Of a stretch of 64,000 nucleotides of DNA, positions 1-13,630 are shown piece after piece. This DNA is from Geosiphon pyriformis uo1 (taxonomy: Eukaryota; Fungi; Glomeromycota), in the NCBI GenBank assembly GCA_016748015.1, contig JAAOMT010000213.1:26466-90465 (forward strand), given 5' to 3'. The first letter of the stretch is position 1. Each line of letters starts with the position of its first letter. Made by a program: the position numbers and the translations under genes. The notes beneath the pieces are model-generated. The model was not told the origin of the DNA, searched no databases, and saw only the letters and a program-made list of their open reading frames with translations.

Positions 1-620
1 AATATTCGAAAATTAATTTACTAAAAATTAATTTTAATTGTTTATTAGTTTCGAATTTTTGAATTTATCAAGATTTTAAAAGTCATAATAATTTTTAAGA
101 AGAAAAAAAATAATTGTTTTAACATTAATTATTTTATTACAATAATTAAAAAATTAAAAAATTATATTTTTAAAATATTATTCAAGATTTTAAATATTTA
201 AAAGAATTTATTTAATTATTTATTTAAAAATTTAATTTTAGTTAAGATTTTTATTATAAAATATTTATAGTCCGATTTCTATTATTAGATTTTTATTGTT
301 AAATTAAATTTTTTTTTAAAAAAAAAAACTTTTTTTTTATACAAGTTTTTATTGTATTATTAAACTTTTTGTTTTTTAAAAATATTTGTTAATTTTTGTA
401 AATAAATATGAATTTTAATAAACTATTTATTATTTTAAAAAACTTTAATTAATTCTATTAGCATTAATATAAAACATAGAATTATACTAGTGTATTATTT
501 TTTATTGACAATACAGACTATTTTTCTACTTTTAGATTTTCTGATTATTTTTTAAAAAGATTAATAACTGAAATATTTTATAAAACCAATCTTGTACATT
601 AAATTTATACTTATTTAATT
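1..620. other. Extremely AT-rich, unassignable sequence (probably terminally decayed repeat)
   Basis: No ORF, A/T homopolymer runs, continuous with increasingly decayed TE copies to the right. Confidence 0.4.
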
Positions 621-621
621 T

Positions 622-1300
622 GTTTTTTTTTGTTAATATATAGCTATATTGATCTTTTATTAGTTTAGCCATATTTAAAAATATGGTTTTTTTATAAAGT
701 CAACTTATTTAATACACTAGTTAACCAGAAAATTTAAAGAATATTACACAATTATTTAAAGTAATTTTACTACAAATAACTTTAAACAAAATCTTATTAT
801 ATATCATAAATTTATCACTTTTTTTGACTTTAAGTTTATAGTTTTTACTATTTTTTTCTTTTGATATTTTTTGTATTTGTGATATTTGTGATGAAATTTT
901 TTTAACTTTGGACTCAATACCTGCTGATTTTTCTTATTTAGTCTGTATTTTGCAATAATTTCTCTATAGTCTCTTTTTTGTCTAAGTTACTGTTTATTTA
1001 TATATCTTAATTAGATTAATATTAGCAAAGATATTAATTCTTTTAAACTGCTTATTAATTAATCTCTTATATAACAGATCTATGTTAAGTGTTAACATAA
1101 TATACTCTTTAGACAAGCTAGTTTTTTTTTAAGATCTGCATTTTTATGTTTTATTACTACAGCTTTTGATAAATACTATATTAATTTATTTCTGATTTTA
1201 TCTACCAATTTTTTGCCTGCTTGAGTATTTAGAAAGCATTTTTAAAAGTGCTGGTTGGTTTTAACTTTTATGTAACATTGTTGTTCAGATATATTAAAAA
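622..1300 (-). mobile_element. LINE 3' fragment (ORF2 C-terminus, 3' UTR, poly(A)), highly decayed
   Basis: Reverse complement aligns by eye to 28720-29457; T-run followed by GTTAA at ~623-636 marks the tail. Confidence 0.8.
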
Positions 1301-1304
1301 CTAT

Positions 1305-2320
1305 AAAAAAAATTTTTTCTTCTATTTTTTATAATCATTATTTTTCTTATAGTAATTAATAAAATTTCAATACAAAAAAGTTTTTTTGTTATTGAAACAG
1401 CTAAACAAAATATTCTGGCTACATTTTTTTTTATTTTTGGTTGGTAGTTTTTCTCCTGTTAAAGTTTCTTTCAAAAAGCACACTTAAGTTAGTTTCTACT
1501 ACTTTTAAAAGCCCAAAAAGTTTAATAACAGACTAATTAACAAATTAGTCTTTCCTGGTTTTATTACTTCTGCTACTATTACTGTTTTACAAATGGCTAA
1601 AAGGCCAAAAAATCCAAAAAACAGCAACAGATTTTTGCAATTGCTATAGTTATACTGAATCTTTTTGTGGTTTCAGATAAGATCTTGAAAAAAATTTTCA
1701 CAGCAGCAGCCAGTTTTTTTCTTGATATAAATAGCAATAGCAATAACACATCTTCTAAGATAAAACAAAATTAACTAATGGCTGTGTTGTTTAATGTAAT
1801 ACTTTTTAGCAGATTATTATTTATTATAAAAACAAAACAGTTTATTATTACAAATAATCTCAAAAATTGAACTGATTAAATAGAAATAAAATCAACTGTT
1901 TTTTCTCTAGTTTTTGGTGCTGTTAATAATAATGTTTGGATAAATATAAATGATTGTTAAAGATTCTCTAAATGGTTGGCCTTTTTATTCTAGTGTTTGA
2001 TGCTATATTTAAAATCAAAATGGCTTTGCTTAATTTTTTATTTCAGTTGCTATCTGGTTGTATTGAATTTAAGTCTGTTTCAAAAGATGTTATTAAGTTA
2101 TTTTGTGTAAAATTTGCATCTTAAAAGAGTCTAAATAGTGTCACCAAAGTGGCCATTGGTGATAAAGTTTTCTTGACCACTTTTAAGATTGCATGGTCTT
2201 CTAATGTGATTTTTATTTCTATTAGTTATACTTTATAATGTATTTTTAAATATCTTTTTTGATAACATTAAAACTGCTCTTGGCATTTTTGTTATTATTA
2301 CTTCAATTAAGTTAAAATTT
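1305..2320 (+). mobile_element. ORF1-only (HAL1-like) element, 5' half, highly decayed
   Basis: Colinear with 59301-60430 (atagtaattaataaa, cagcagcagccag, caccaaagtggccattggtgat); cut by the next copy. Confidence 0.8.
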
Positions 2321-4739
2321 AGGAAAAAACTCTTTTTCTCCTATTTTTTATGATTATGACAAGAGTTAAGAGTAAAAAAGTTGCAAATGTTACTTTTTCT
2401 ATAGTAACTAATAAAGTTTTAACATGAAAAGACCTCTCTGTTATTAAAGCAGTCAAACAAAATATTCTGGTTATATTTCTTTTAAAAAACATTAGTAAAA
2501 AGCTGCTTTTAATGATTTCTGGTTTATTTTTTCACCTTTGGTTAATAGTTTTTCTTCTGTTAAAGTTCTTTCAAAAAAACATACTCAAATTAGTTCTAGT
2601 GTTGTCTCCACTATTTCAAAAAGCCCAAAGATTTTTAATAACAGACCAGTTAACAAGTTAGTCTTTTCTGTTCTCATTACTCCTACTACTACTATTACTA
2701 CTATTACTACTATTATTATTACTACTACTACTATTATTATTACTACTACTATTACTACCACTTCACAAATGGTTAAAAAAGCCAAAAAGTTTAAAAAACA
2801 GCAGCAGGCACTTACAACTGCTTTGGTAACACCAAACTTCTTTGTGGTTCCAGATGAAATTTTGGAAAAAATCTCCACAACAGCAGTCAACTTTCTTCTT
2901 AATATGGATGAAAACAACAATAACACATCATTTAAGATGGGACAAAATTAACCACTAGTTGTGTTGCCTAATGTGGTACTCTCTAGCAAATTATCATTTA
3001 TCATAGAAACAAAACAGTCTATCACTTTAAATGATCTCAAAAATTGGGCTGATCAGATGGAAATAAAATCAACTGCTTCTCTCTCAGTTTTTGGCATTGC
3101 TGATAGTAATGCTTGGATAAATGTAAATAGTTACCAAAAGTTCTTTAAATAGATGGCTTCCACTCTAGTGTCTAGTACAATGTTTAAGATCAAAATGATC
3201 CTGCTTAGTTCCTTGTTTTAGTTGCTGTCTGATTGTATTAGGCTTAAATCTGTTTTACAAAATGGTGTCAAATTGTTCTGTATAGAATTTGTATTTCAGA
3301 AGAGTCTAAATGGTGCCACCAAAGTGGCCATTAGTGATGAAATTTTTTTAACCACTTTTAAAATTGCACAGTTTTCTGGTGTAGCCTCTGTTTTTTCTTC
3401 TTTTTTGTTAGTTGCACTTTATAATGTATCTTTAAGTACTTTTTTTAATGACATCAAAACTGCTTTTGGCATTTTTGGTGTTGTCACTTCTGTCAAGTTA
3501 AAATCTGCTGGTCTATTACAATATGCTGTGGTTTAATTCAAAAACACTTCTTCTGCCACTGTTGTCCTTACTCACTGGTCTGTGCTGATTAAAAAAAACA
3601 TGTTAGAATTCTCTCTGTTATTAACCAAAATAATGTTATTTTTTCAAGAAATATCTTTAAAGCTAAGTTGGTTAATATTTTCTTTGGCTGTACTGCCTTT
3701 GAAATAAGTGATCTGGTTTCTTAAGTTGGTGGCTGTATGTGTTTTATTCTCCACTCTCCTGAATTATATTAATATTAATATTTTGCTGTGATTATCTTTA
3801 ATTCTTTGGGATCTCTGAATATTGCTGTATCAAAAACTGGTATTTTGTGTAGTTATTGTATCTAATAAAAAACTTCTGGATGTTACTATTTCTACAGGTG
3901 TCAAGACTTGAATTATTTGGCTGTGAACTGCAAAAAGTTATCTCTTTTCTCTCTCAAACTTTCTTTCAACTTTTTTGGTGGCCCCAAAGTTTTCAAATCT
4001 TCATTTGCTGGATTTAAATTTTATGCCAAAGCTATTGCCTTTGTAGTTCCTCCTGTTGCTGCTGCTGCTAATATGGATTTGGCTTTTGATGGCCCCCTCA
4101 AAGCTACAACACTTATGTTGTCTATTGTCTTTTCTACTTCCAATAATGTTGTTAAATTTAGATTGGCTTCTTTGGAATCCCATCTTAGTAAACTTTTTTT
4201 GTTGATAAAATTTTTAGTTGAATCTGTTGGCTCTTTGGTTGTATTGGTTATCAAATTGCTGTTTATTTTACCTGCCATGAATGTTTCAGTAAAAAAAAAT
4301 GTGATTGGTTTGGCTAAACAAATTAAAAACTTTGTTGTTATAACTTCTATAATGCAAAAAAAATGGCAAACCTTGAGAAAAAGTGTGAGCAAGTCTGCTT
4401 GAAAAAAGTATTTAATAATAATAATATAGATAATGATAATAATAACAATAAACATTTTTTGGTCTATAATGATATCTTTAATGAAATTATAAAATTATGA
4501 AAAATCTACTCTTCTAGTATCAAATCTAATTCTAATTAAACTGCTAAGTATATAAGTAATCTTTTTAAGAATAGTTATGAATTTGTTAGTATTATAAATA
4601 AGATATATAAATTAAATATGTTTAATATATTAGATAGCATAGATAGTATTAGTATATAGTTAGAGCTTTCCACTTGTAATTAGTCATATCTTGTAATTTT
4701 TGTATTATTAAGTAAGCTGACTTTATAAAAACATTACTA
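2321..4739 (+). mobile_element. ORF1-only element, subfamily 2, near full length, decayed
   Basis: 5' motif aaaaactctttttctc; ORF fragments 2538, 2961, 3222 and 3908 match the 59329 ORF; GLAKQ-type C-terminus; shared 3' UTR at 4657-4739. Confidence 0.85.
2681..2760 (+). repeat. (ACT/ATT)n microsatellite, expanded poly-Thr tract
   Basis: About 25 ACT/ATT units where other copies have about 8 Thr/Ser codons. Confidence 0.9.
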
Positions 4740-4882
4740 TTTTTTTTTGTTAATATATAGCCATACTGATTATTTATTAGTTATGTTTACAAAATTGTGG
4801 CTCACTTAATAATACAAAAATTACAAGATATAGCTAATCACAAGTAAAAAGCCCTAACTACATACAAGTACTATCTATGCTA
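4740..4882 (-). mobile_element. Tail-only copy of the ORF1-only element
   Basis: T-run + gttaa, then reverse complement of the shared 3' UTR and last codons. Confidence 0.8.
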
Positions 4883-6412
4883 TATTCAAATTTCTAATAC
4901 TTTATTACTACAATAAAAGAGCATACAAAAAAAATTAAGACTCAAAAAAGAACTGAAAATATTAATAAATAACTCATTAGTAAAAGCTGGTTCTAAGAAT
5001 ATTAGAGAAACAGCTGTCTTTGTAATACATAAAATAGAAGCCAACTTTAGTATAGCAGTAAATAGAACATTATTATCAAATAAAACTAAGACAAAAACTA
5101 TATTGTTGGCTTTAAAAGCAGTATTTTACAAATGCAAACTGATATTAAACACAGATAGTTAGACAGTAGTATTAACAGTTCAAAAATAGTTGGTCAAAGA
5201 CTCTTTTTTGTTTATTAAAAAACAGCTTAAAACTTCTAATTAGCACACATAAAATGCAATCAAAGCAGTAATAAGTAAAAAAAAAATTGATCTTATCATA
5301 AACAAAGTAGCTATACATATTGGAATAACTAAAAATAAAAAAGCTGACAAACTAGCCAAAAAAGTTACTGTTTTTGACACAGTAGGATGAATCTACAATA
5401 ATATGAATATCTGCTATATTTTCTTTTATAGACAAGTGAAAATAAATCTAAATATTAAACACTTTTTAAGCCAACAGACTGGACTTTAAACAGCTTTAGA
5501 TTGAATGAACAATAGCAAAATCCAAGAAGCACCAAGACTTTTAGACTGAAAATACACAACCAAGATCTGAAACTAGGATAAAAAAATGTTATCAGACTTT
5601 ACTTTAACTAGTTTTTTAATAATGTATACATTTATTATGAAATTGTTTCACAATATGCTATCAATAACAGAGACTATACAACAGACATTTTTTAGTGTAT
5701 CTAAACAACTTTTGCAAAATATGTCATATAGAAGTTAAAACCAATCAGCATTTTTGAAAATGCTCTTTAAATACTCAAAAGGACAAAAAACTGATAAATA
5801 ATATAAGAAATGAATGAATGCAGTGCTTATCAAAGGCTGTAGAAGGAAAACATAAAACTTCAAACTCTGAAAAAAAGACCAACATGTCTAATAAGTACAT
5901 TATGTCAACATTAAATATAGATCTGTTATGCAGAAAGTTGATTAATAAGCAATTTAGAAAAATCAATGTTTTTGCTAACATTAATCAAAATGCTAACAAT
6001 AATATATTAATTAAGGTATGTAAATGGATAATGGTTCAAGCAAAAAATAAATTGTAAAAAGAACATTGCAAATTACAATTTGAATAGAAAATTCAATAAG
6101 TATTGATAACAGAATTAAGAAAAGTCTATCAAATATGTCCAAGATATATAAAACATTAAGTAATAATGATAATAATAATGGCAAACCCAAAGTTAAAAAT
6201 AGTGAAAAATTTACATGATATAATATAATACTAATCAAAGTTTTTTGTAGTAGAATTACTTTATGTAATAGTATAATATCTTTAAAATTTTCTGGTTAAA
6301 CTAGTATGTAATTAGGCATAATTACTTAGTGGTTAGCCATATTTTGTAATTTAGATTATTGGATAAGTTGGCTTTATAAAAAAACCACACTTTTTGAGTA
6401 AGACTAAACTAA
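4883..6412 (+). mobile_element. LINE 3' fragment (RNase H, Cys/His motif, 3' UTR), decayed
   Basis: Colinear with 27900-29440; ORF 5818 matches ORF 28863. Confidence 0.85.
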
Positions 6413-8360
6413 TACCACACATTTTACTATGCTTTAAAATTGAAAAAATAAGTTTTTTGCAAAAAAATTTTTAATTATAATAAATTATTATTATTACAAC
6501 AGACTTAAAAGTGTCTGATAACAATACCAATAGTGAAGTGATACTAGTTACACAAAGAAGAAAACTTATTTGAAAACACAACTGTCTAAACCAACAACTT
6601 TGTCTTGCAACCAATGTTTAACAAAAGTAGAAACAGCAACAAATTCCAAATAAAAGCTTGGACTAGTAAAAAGAGAGCCTCAAAGTCCCTAAAAAAATTG
6701 GATAAACCATCAAAAAAGACTAAAGAAAACAATGAAAGAGCTGCATAAATAAAAGTAGCTCTGAAAAAATACAATCTTAATATTTTGAACAGGATTAACA
6801 GTAAAAATTCTGTATTGAAAATAGAGAAGCAAATAAACAATCTATTTGTTGCAAACAAAAATAAAGTTGATCTAAATAATACTATAGAGGACATGGAAAA
6901 CTCTGAATTGGGTCTATCTAACAGAATGGGAAGTCTAAGTTCAGGACAATATAGTAGTAAATTACTTGGCAAAAAACTCATGTTTATAAAACCAAATTAT
7001 GAGGAAGGATAAAAAACTATAATCCATAGAATTAAAAAACATGTGTTTTTTGTGCAGGCATTAGATATACCAAAAAAAATCATGAGAAAGAAAGTGGGGT
7101 GGGTTTACAATTTTTTGAGGGATGTCAGTTACCTCTTAAAAGCTGTAATGGTGAGAAACCAAGAAATCCAAGTGGATTTCTCCCAAGTGATAGAAAGAGA
7201 TCAGACCAGAGAAATTCTGACAAGTAAAGAAGTTAATGGCTACTGATGGCATTACCAACCAAATGGCTGGTCAAAAAAAAGTTCTGGTGAAAAATATTTC
7301 TTTAAGCATCTCAGACAAAAAAGTGGGAGCTGTCATGAAAAAATTTGGTGAGATAAAAAAAGTTCAAATCAAAATAGCTGGAAAGTGACAATTAGCAGTA
7401 GTTAAATATAACAGCAACCAGAACTGTAAACCAATAGTCAACCATGGTCAGAAAAAATGCAGTCAGAATTTACCCAATGATTAGAACCCAAAAAATTATT
7501 GAACAAAGAAAAACCTGGGAAGCTAAACTAATAGGTTTACTGCAGAATTGTACTGTTCATTACTTGAGTACCACTCTGGATCAGATTAAAACCCGATCTT
7601 ATTTTATTCTAAGAACTAGCAAAAATTACACAAGAATAGACTATGCTTATATAGGATTTGACAATGAAACTAGTCACAACAGTGCTACCAAAAAACCCTT
7701 AATAATTGGAAATACATTGGTTTACTAGATGCTTACTGATGCTAAAGAGTACCACTTTTGTTACCAAATAGGGCATTTGGTCTCCAAATGTCCAACTCTA
7801 TATAAAAAAAAGAGAAAGATACCAAAAAAGTTACCAATAATATTAGATTGGCAAAGCTGTATGTTAAGAGGAATGTTTCAAAGGAAGCCATCAAGATCTT
7901 TAGTGGAAGATTATATGCCAAAATAGCTGCATTTAGACTGTTTCATAATTCAAACAACACAAACCTAAGCAGATCTCAAAGACCTAATCCACAAATAAAT
8001 AATAAAGAAAACCAACCAAAAAAAAGGATCAACCAACTTTAGAAGACTGAAATTAATGAGTTAAGACAGCAGATTAATGAAATGACCAAACTGTTAAGTG
8101 CAGTAGCTGCCAAATTTGGAGTAACAGTAGAGAAAAAAAAAGATGTAATAATCACTCAACAGCAAAGTCACATTTCAGAAGAAAAAAAGAGGTAGAAAAT
8201 AAGTTACTAAGCCAGAATACTACATCTAAGTTCAACTTGGTAGGAAAAAAAGAAGCATACAACCCAAAAAGGGAAATCAAGAAAATTAAAAAAACATTAG
8301 AACCTATTATAAAGTTACTGAAGCAAGTGAAAAAACAGGGTAGCTAAAACAGTATTACTA
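6413..8360 (+). mobile_element. LINE 5' fragment (5' UTR and ORF1 with internal deletion), decayed
   Basis: Colinear with 17715-20050; ORFs 6785, 7043, 7444, 7729 (HFCYQIGHLVSKC) and 7848. Confidence 0.85.
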
Positions 8361-8397
8361 ATACTGGAAGACTGATTTTCTCATAAATGCATTATAA

Positions 8398-9143
8398 TAT
8401 TACAGTTGAAATCTATACTTCTTATTAATTATCACATATATTAACCATTGATGTCACATAATTAGCCATCCTATTTTTAGATAGTGATTATTGACCTGAT
8501 CAATGACTTGATCATTGACTTGACCATTGACCTGATTATTGACCTGATTAATGACCTGATTATTGACTTAATCATTAATCTAATTATTGACCACTTTTAA
8601 TAGCTATATAAGTAATGAATCTCTTAGCTGTAGAAAAGCATATTAGAAATACAAAACATGTCAAAAATCAAAAAAAATCAAATAAATAAAAATAACAACT
8701 TTCATCTCAATCCTTCTCTTATTGTTAATTTCTCTTTTTTTATCTTCAAGTATCTGAATATCTTGAAATAAAAGATTACTTATTGGTTATTTTTTATCCT
8801 TTTCTTGAAATGTGTAATTGCAGCATTTGAAGATTATTGAATAAAATATGACTGAAGAATACATCTGATACCTAATATTGAATTCTAAAAGCACTAATGT
8901 GAAACATAAAATTATACCAGGCATAATCATTTGTTAACAGTATAGACTATCCTTCTATCTTCAGATTCTTTGTTTATCTTTTGAAAGAATAACAACTAAA
9001 ATACTTTATGAGATTGATTTTGCACATTGAATTCATACTTATTCAATTTGCTCTTTGAAGTTAAATTTCCTTTGATTTTTTTTATCACCCTACAATCCTG
9101 TTCTTTCTTGTTATTTGTTAGCTTGTTACTCCAACCTGTAACA
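8398..9143 (+). repeat. Gypsy LTR (subtype a) with non-matching flanks
   Basis: T(A)TTACAGTTG...CAACCTGTAACA; 12-bp array; flanks ATAA and ACAT come from different elements. Confidence 0.85.
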
Positions 9144-11445
9144 ACATAATAGTCTACTCAAAAACCTGGGATGAAACATTTGCAGAAGGTTTTTGATCTG
9201 CTCAAAAATGCTGGCCTTAAGATCAATCCAATTAAATTTTTCTTTGGACATCAATCTACCCAGTTTCTTGGTCATCTTATTACAAAAGATGAAATCTTCC
9301 CTGACTTAGTTAAAATTTAAAAAGTTCAAAACATTAGACAACCAATAAATGTTCTTGAACTATGTTCTTTTCTTGGTTTGGCTTCTTACTATCACAAATT
9401 TATTAAAGATTTCTCCAAAATCACTTTTTCTTTCAATCAACTATTCAAGAAAAATGTCAATTATTACTGGGGTACTCATTAACAAAAAGCTTTTGAAATT
9501 TTAAAGGAAAAACTTGTTACTGAACCAATTCTTAAGCAATCTGATTTAGACCAATCTTTCATTTTCTATACTGATACATTTAGTTATGAACTTGGTGCTG
9601 TCCTTTTACAAAAAAATGAAAATAGCAGAGAATATGTCATAGTATATGCCAATAGATCTCTCACACCAGCAGAAAAAAACTATTCAGTTACTGAACAAAA
9701 ATGTTTAGCAGTAGTTTGGGCTACTAGTTACTGGGATTAATATTTTCTTGGTGTGAAATTTTTAATAATAACAGATCATCAAGCCTTGGTTTGGCTGCAC
9801 AATAAAAAAAAGCTAGAACACAAACAAATAACTTGCTGAATACTCTACTTAGATGAATTCAACTATAATATTCAACACTACAAAAAAGCAAATCATCAAA
9901 ATGCTGATGCTCTCTCTAAACTTACCATCCAGTAATAGTACAACCTCTCAAACCAAACCAACTTAATTATTAATAACTCTTTCACAAACAAACACAATAA
10001 TAGACTTGAACAACTACACTGTCTTAATAAAATTTTTAGGTAAAAGACAATACTCACCAAAATACACTTAACAGCAAAAAGAACATTTGTGCAAACAATC
10101 AAATTTCTATTTGATCTACCAAAACCAATTATATAAAAGAAACAAAAAAGATTCTGACTACTCCCAAAGAGTCATCAGATTTGAAGAAAAAGAAATTATA
10201 ATATACAACATGTACACTGAACTATTAGCTAGACACTTTAGAAAAACAAAAACAATTCAGAAAATCTTAGCTTGTTATTATTGGAAAAGACATTGCTGAA
10301 TACATCAAAACTTGTGACATCTGCCAAAGAAAAGGCAAACCCAATCACAAAAAAGATATCCATCCAATCTTTGTTGATTAACTATTTGACAGAATTGGTA
10401 TAGATGTTGTTGGACCTTTAACAATAACTCCTAATAGCAACAAATATATTATCACAGCTACCAATTATCTTACAAAGTAGGTAGAAGCAAGAGCCACTTC
10501 TGACCAAACAGCAGTCTTAATAGCCAATTTTATTTATAAAGATATTATCTGCCATTATGACTGTTCCAAAAAACTTTTATCTGATAAAAGAAAAGCTTTT
10601 CTCAGTACACTGGTTGAAGAACTTTGTAGAAAAATGAAAATACATCATAAACTTTCTTCCTCTTACCACCTTCAAACAAATGGCTTAGTAGAACGTTTCA
10701 ATAGAACATTATGTGAAATCTTAGCCAAAACCAGTAAAAAAACAAACTTATAGGACAAAGTATTGTCTTTAGTTTTGTTTGCTTATAGAACTGTAAATTA
10801 TGACATAACAAGTTATGAACTTTTTTATTTGTTTTATAGACGCATGGCAATACTACCAATAGAAACTAATATTGAGACAATACTCTTAAAAGAGATCACA
10901 ATAGGAAATTACAAAGACATTTTGCAAAGAAGACTTGGTACCATTCTTGATTCCTTAGTAGAAACATGAATAATTGTTTTTAAAAAGATAAAACAGTTTC
11001 AAAAAAAGCTTAAGAAAAAAAAAATCTATAAAACATTTTCTTTAAGTGTTGGTGACTTAGTATTGGAATACCATTCAGATAGAGACAATGTTTATGATAA
11101 TAAATTCTCTAGCTGGTAGAAAAGACCCTTTATAGTCAACAAAGTTTTGAACAATAGTTTTTATATTCTTTAAGATTAATCTGGAACAATCTTTAATGAT
11201 CATTCTGTTCATGGTACATGACTCAAGAAATATCATAAACAACCTAATTGGTTGCCTGTTGTAGTAATACTGACCCAAATAATCAACAAAAATCAAGTAT
11301 AAATAAATATACTATTCCTAAAACAAAGGTATTTTCAATCAACATGAATAATTATTTTCTGGATCAAAACATTCAAAACGTTTTCTATACTCTCTATGAG
11401 TATTGAATCAAAAACTATTCAAATACTACTTTGACCATTGAAAAA
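9144..11445 (+). pseudogene. Gypsy RT C-terminus, RNase H, integrase and start of ORF3, decayed
   Basis: Colinear with reverse complement of 46700-49020; integrase fragments in ORFs 10087 and 10763. Confidence 0.9.
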
Positions 11446-11454
11446 ATATAAATG

Positions 11455-13530
11455 TAAAAACTCTTTCTCTTCTTAATTTTATGACCACAACTAAAGCTAA
11501 GAGTAAAAAAGTTGCAAACATTACTTTTCCTATAGTAACTAATAAAGTTTTAACATGAGAGAGTTTCTCTGTTATTGAAGCAGTTAAACAAAACATTTTG
11601 GCTATATTTCTTCTGAAAAATATTTGTGAAAAGCTGTCTTTGGCAGCTTCTGGTTCATTTTTTTTATCTTTGGCTAGTGGTTTTTTTTCAGTCAAAGTTC
11701 TTTTCAAAAGACACACTCAGGTTAGTCCCAGTGTTGTCTCTACTACTTTAAAAAGCCCAAAGATTTTCAATAACAGACCAGTCAACAAGTTGGTCTTCTC
11801 CACTTTTACCACTCCTATTACTACTACTACTACTATTTCACAAATGGCCATAAAAGCCAAAAATTCCAAAAAACAGCAGCTGGCACTTGCAACTGCTTTG
11901 GTGATACTGAACTCCTTTGTGGTTCCAGATGAAATCTTGGGTAAGATCTTCACAGCAGTAGCCAGCGCTCTTCCTGATATGGATGGCAACAACAGCAGCA
12001 CATCTCCCAAGATAGACCAAGATCAACCACTAGTTGTGTTGCCTAATATAATACTCTTCAGCAGATCATTGCCAATTCCAGTAGCAAAGCAGTCCATCAA
12101 TTTAGATGATCTTAAAGATTGGGCTGATCAGATGGAAATGGAATTAACTGTTCCTTTTCTAGTTTCTGGTGCTGTTAATGGTAGTGCTTGGGAAAATGTG
12201 AGTGGTCATCAAAAGTTTTCTGGTTGGGTGGCCTCCAATCTTGTACCTGGTGCTATATTTAAAATCAAGATGGTCTTGCTCAGTTCTTTGTTTCAGTTGC
12301 TACCTGGTTGCATTGGGCTTAAGTCTGTTTCAAAAGATGCTATTAAGTTGTTCTGTGTAGAATTTGCATCTCAGGAAAGTTTAAATGGTGCCACCAAAGT
12401 GGCCATTAATAATGAAGTTTTTTTAACCACTTTTAAGATTGCATGGTCTTTTGATGTGGCCTTTGTTTCTTTCCCTTCTTTGTCAATTGCACTTCATAAT
12501 GTACCTTTGGATATCTCTTCTGATAACATCAAATCTGCTCTTGATGTATTTGGTGTTGTTACTTCAGTCAAGTTGAAGCCAACTGGTTTATGGCAATATA
12601 CTGTGGTTTATTTCAAAGACACTTCTTCTGCTGCTGTTGTTCTTATTCACTGGTCTGTACTGGTTAAAAAAGACAGTATTAGAATTCTCTTTGTTACCAA
12701 CCAAAAGGAGGTTATCTTCTTAAAAGATGCTTTCAAAGCTAAGCTGGTCAATCTTTCATTTGGCTGTATTGTATTTGAAATAAGTAATCTGGTCTCCCAA
12801 GTTGGTGGCCATATATGTTTTATTTCTTGCTCCTTTGATTCCTATCGACATTAATGCTTTGCTGTGGTGATCTTTGATTCCTTGGAATCTTTAAATGCTG
12901 CTGTTTCAAAAACTGGTATCTTGTGTGGCTGCCACATCTGGTGAGAAACTCCTGAATGTCTTCACTGCTACAGATATCAAAGTTTGGATTATTTGGCTGT
13001 GAATTGCAAGGTGTTGTTACCCCTCTCTCCCAAACTCTTTTCTAATTCTGTTGATGGTTCCAATATCTTCAAGTCATCCTTTGTTGGAGTTAAATCCTAT
13101 TGCCAAAACTGCTATCTTTGTGGTTCTTTCTGTTGCTGTTGCTGCTAATATGAATCTGGCTTTTGGTTTCCTCTCAAAGGTGTTGTGTCTCTGTTGCCTG
13201 TTGTCTTCTTTGGTTCAGATGTTGCTGTTAATACTAGGTTGGCTTCTTTGGAAACCCAACTTAGTGAACTGTCTTTGTTGATCAAATTTATAGTTGAGCC
13301 TATGAGTTTTTTGGTTGTGTTGGTTACTAAATTATTGTTTACTCCACCTGTTATGGCAGAGGCAATGAAAAAAAGTGTGATTGAATTAAAAAACCAAATT
13401 AATGCTGTTTATGCTGTGGCTTTTGTGCTGCAAAAAGAAGTGGGTGTCATCAAGTTAAAGAGTGGAAAGGTCCACTTTGACATATTTAATAATAAAAATA
13501 TAGATGATAATAATGATGATGATAATGATG
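11455..13530 (+). mobile_element. ORF1-only element, subfamily 1, ending in an assembly gap
   Basis: 5' motif aaaaactctttctct, ATG at 11481, ORFs 11598 and 13185, acidic tract running into Ns. Confidence 0.9.
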
Positions 13531-13630
13531 NNNNNNNNNNNNNNNNNNNNNNNNNNNNNNNNNNNNNNNNNNNNNNNNNNNNNNNNNNNNNNNNNNNNNN
13601 NNNNNNNNNNNNNNNNNNNNNNNNNNNNNN

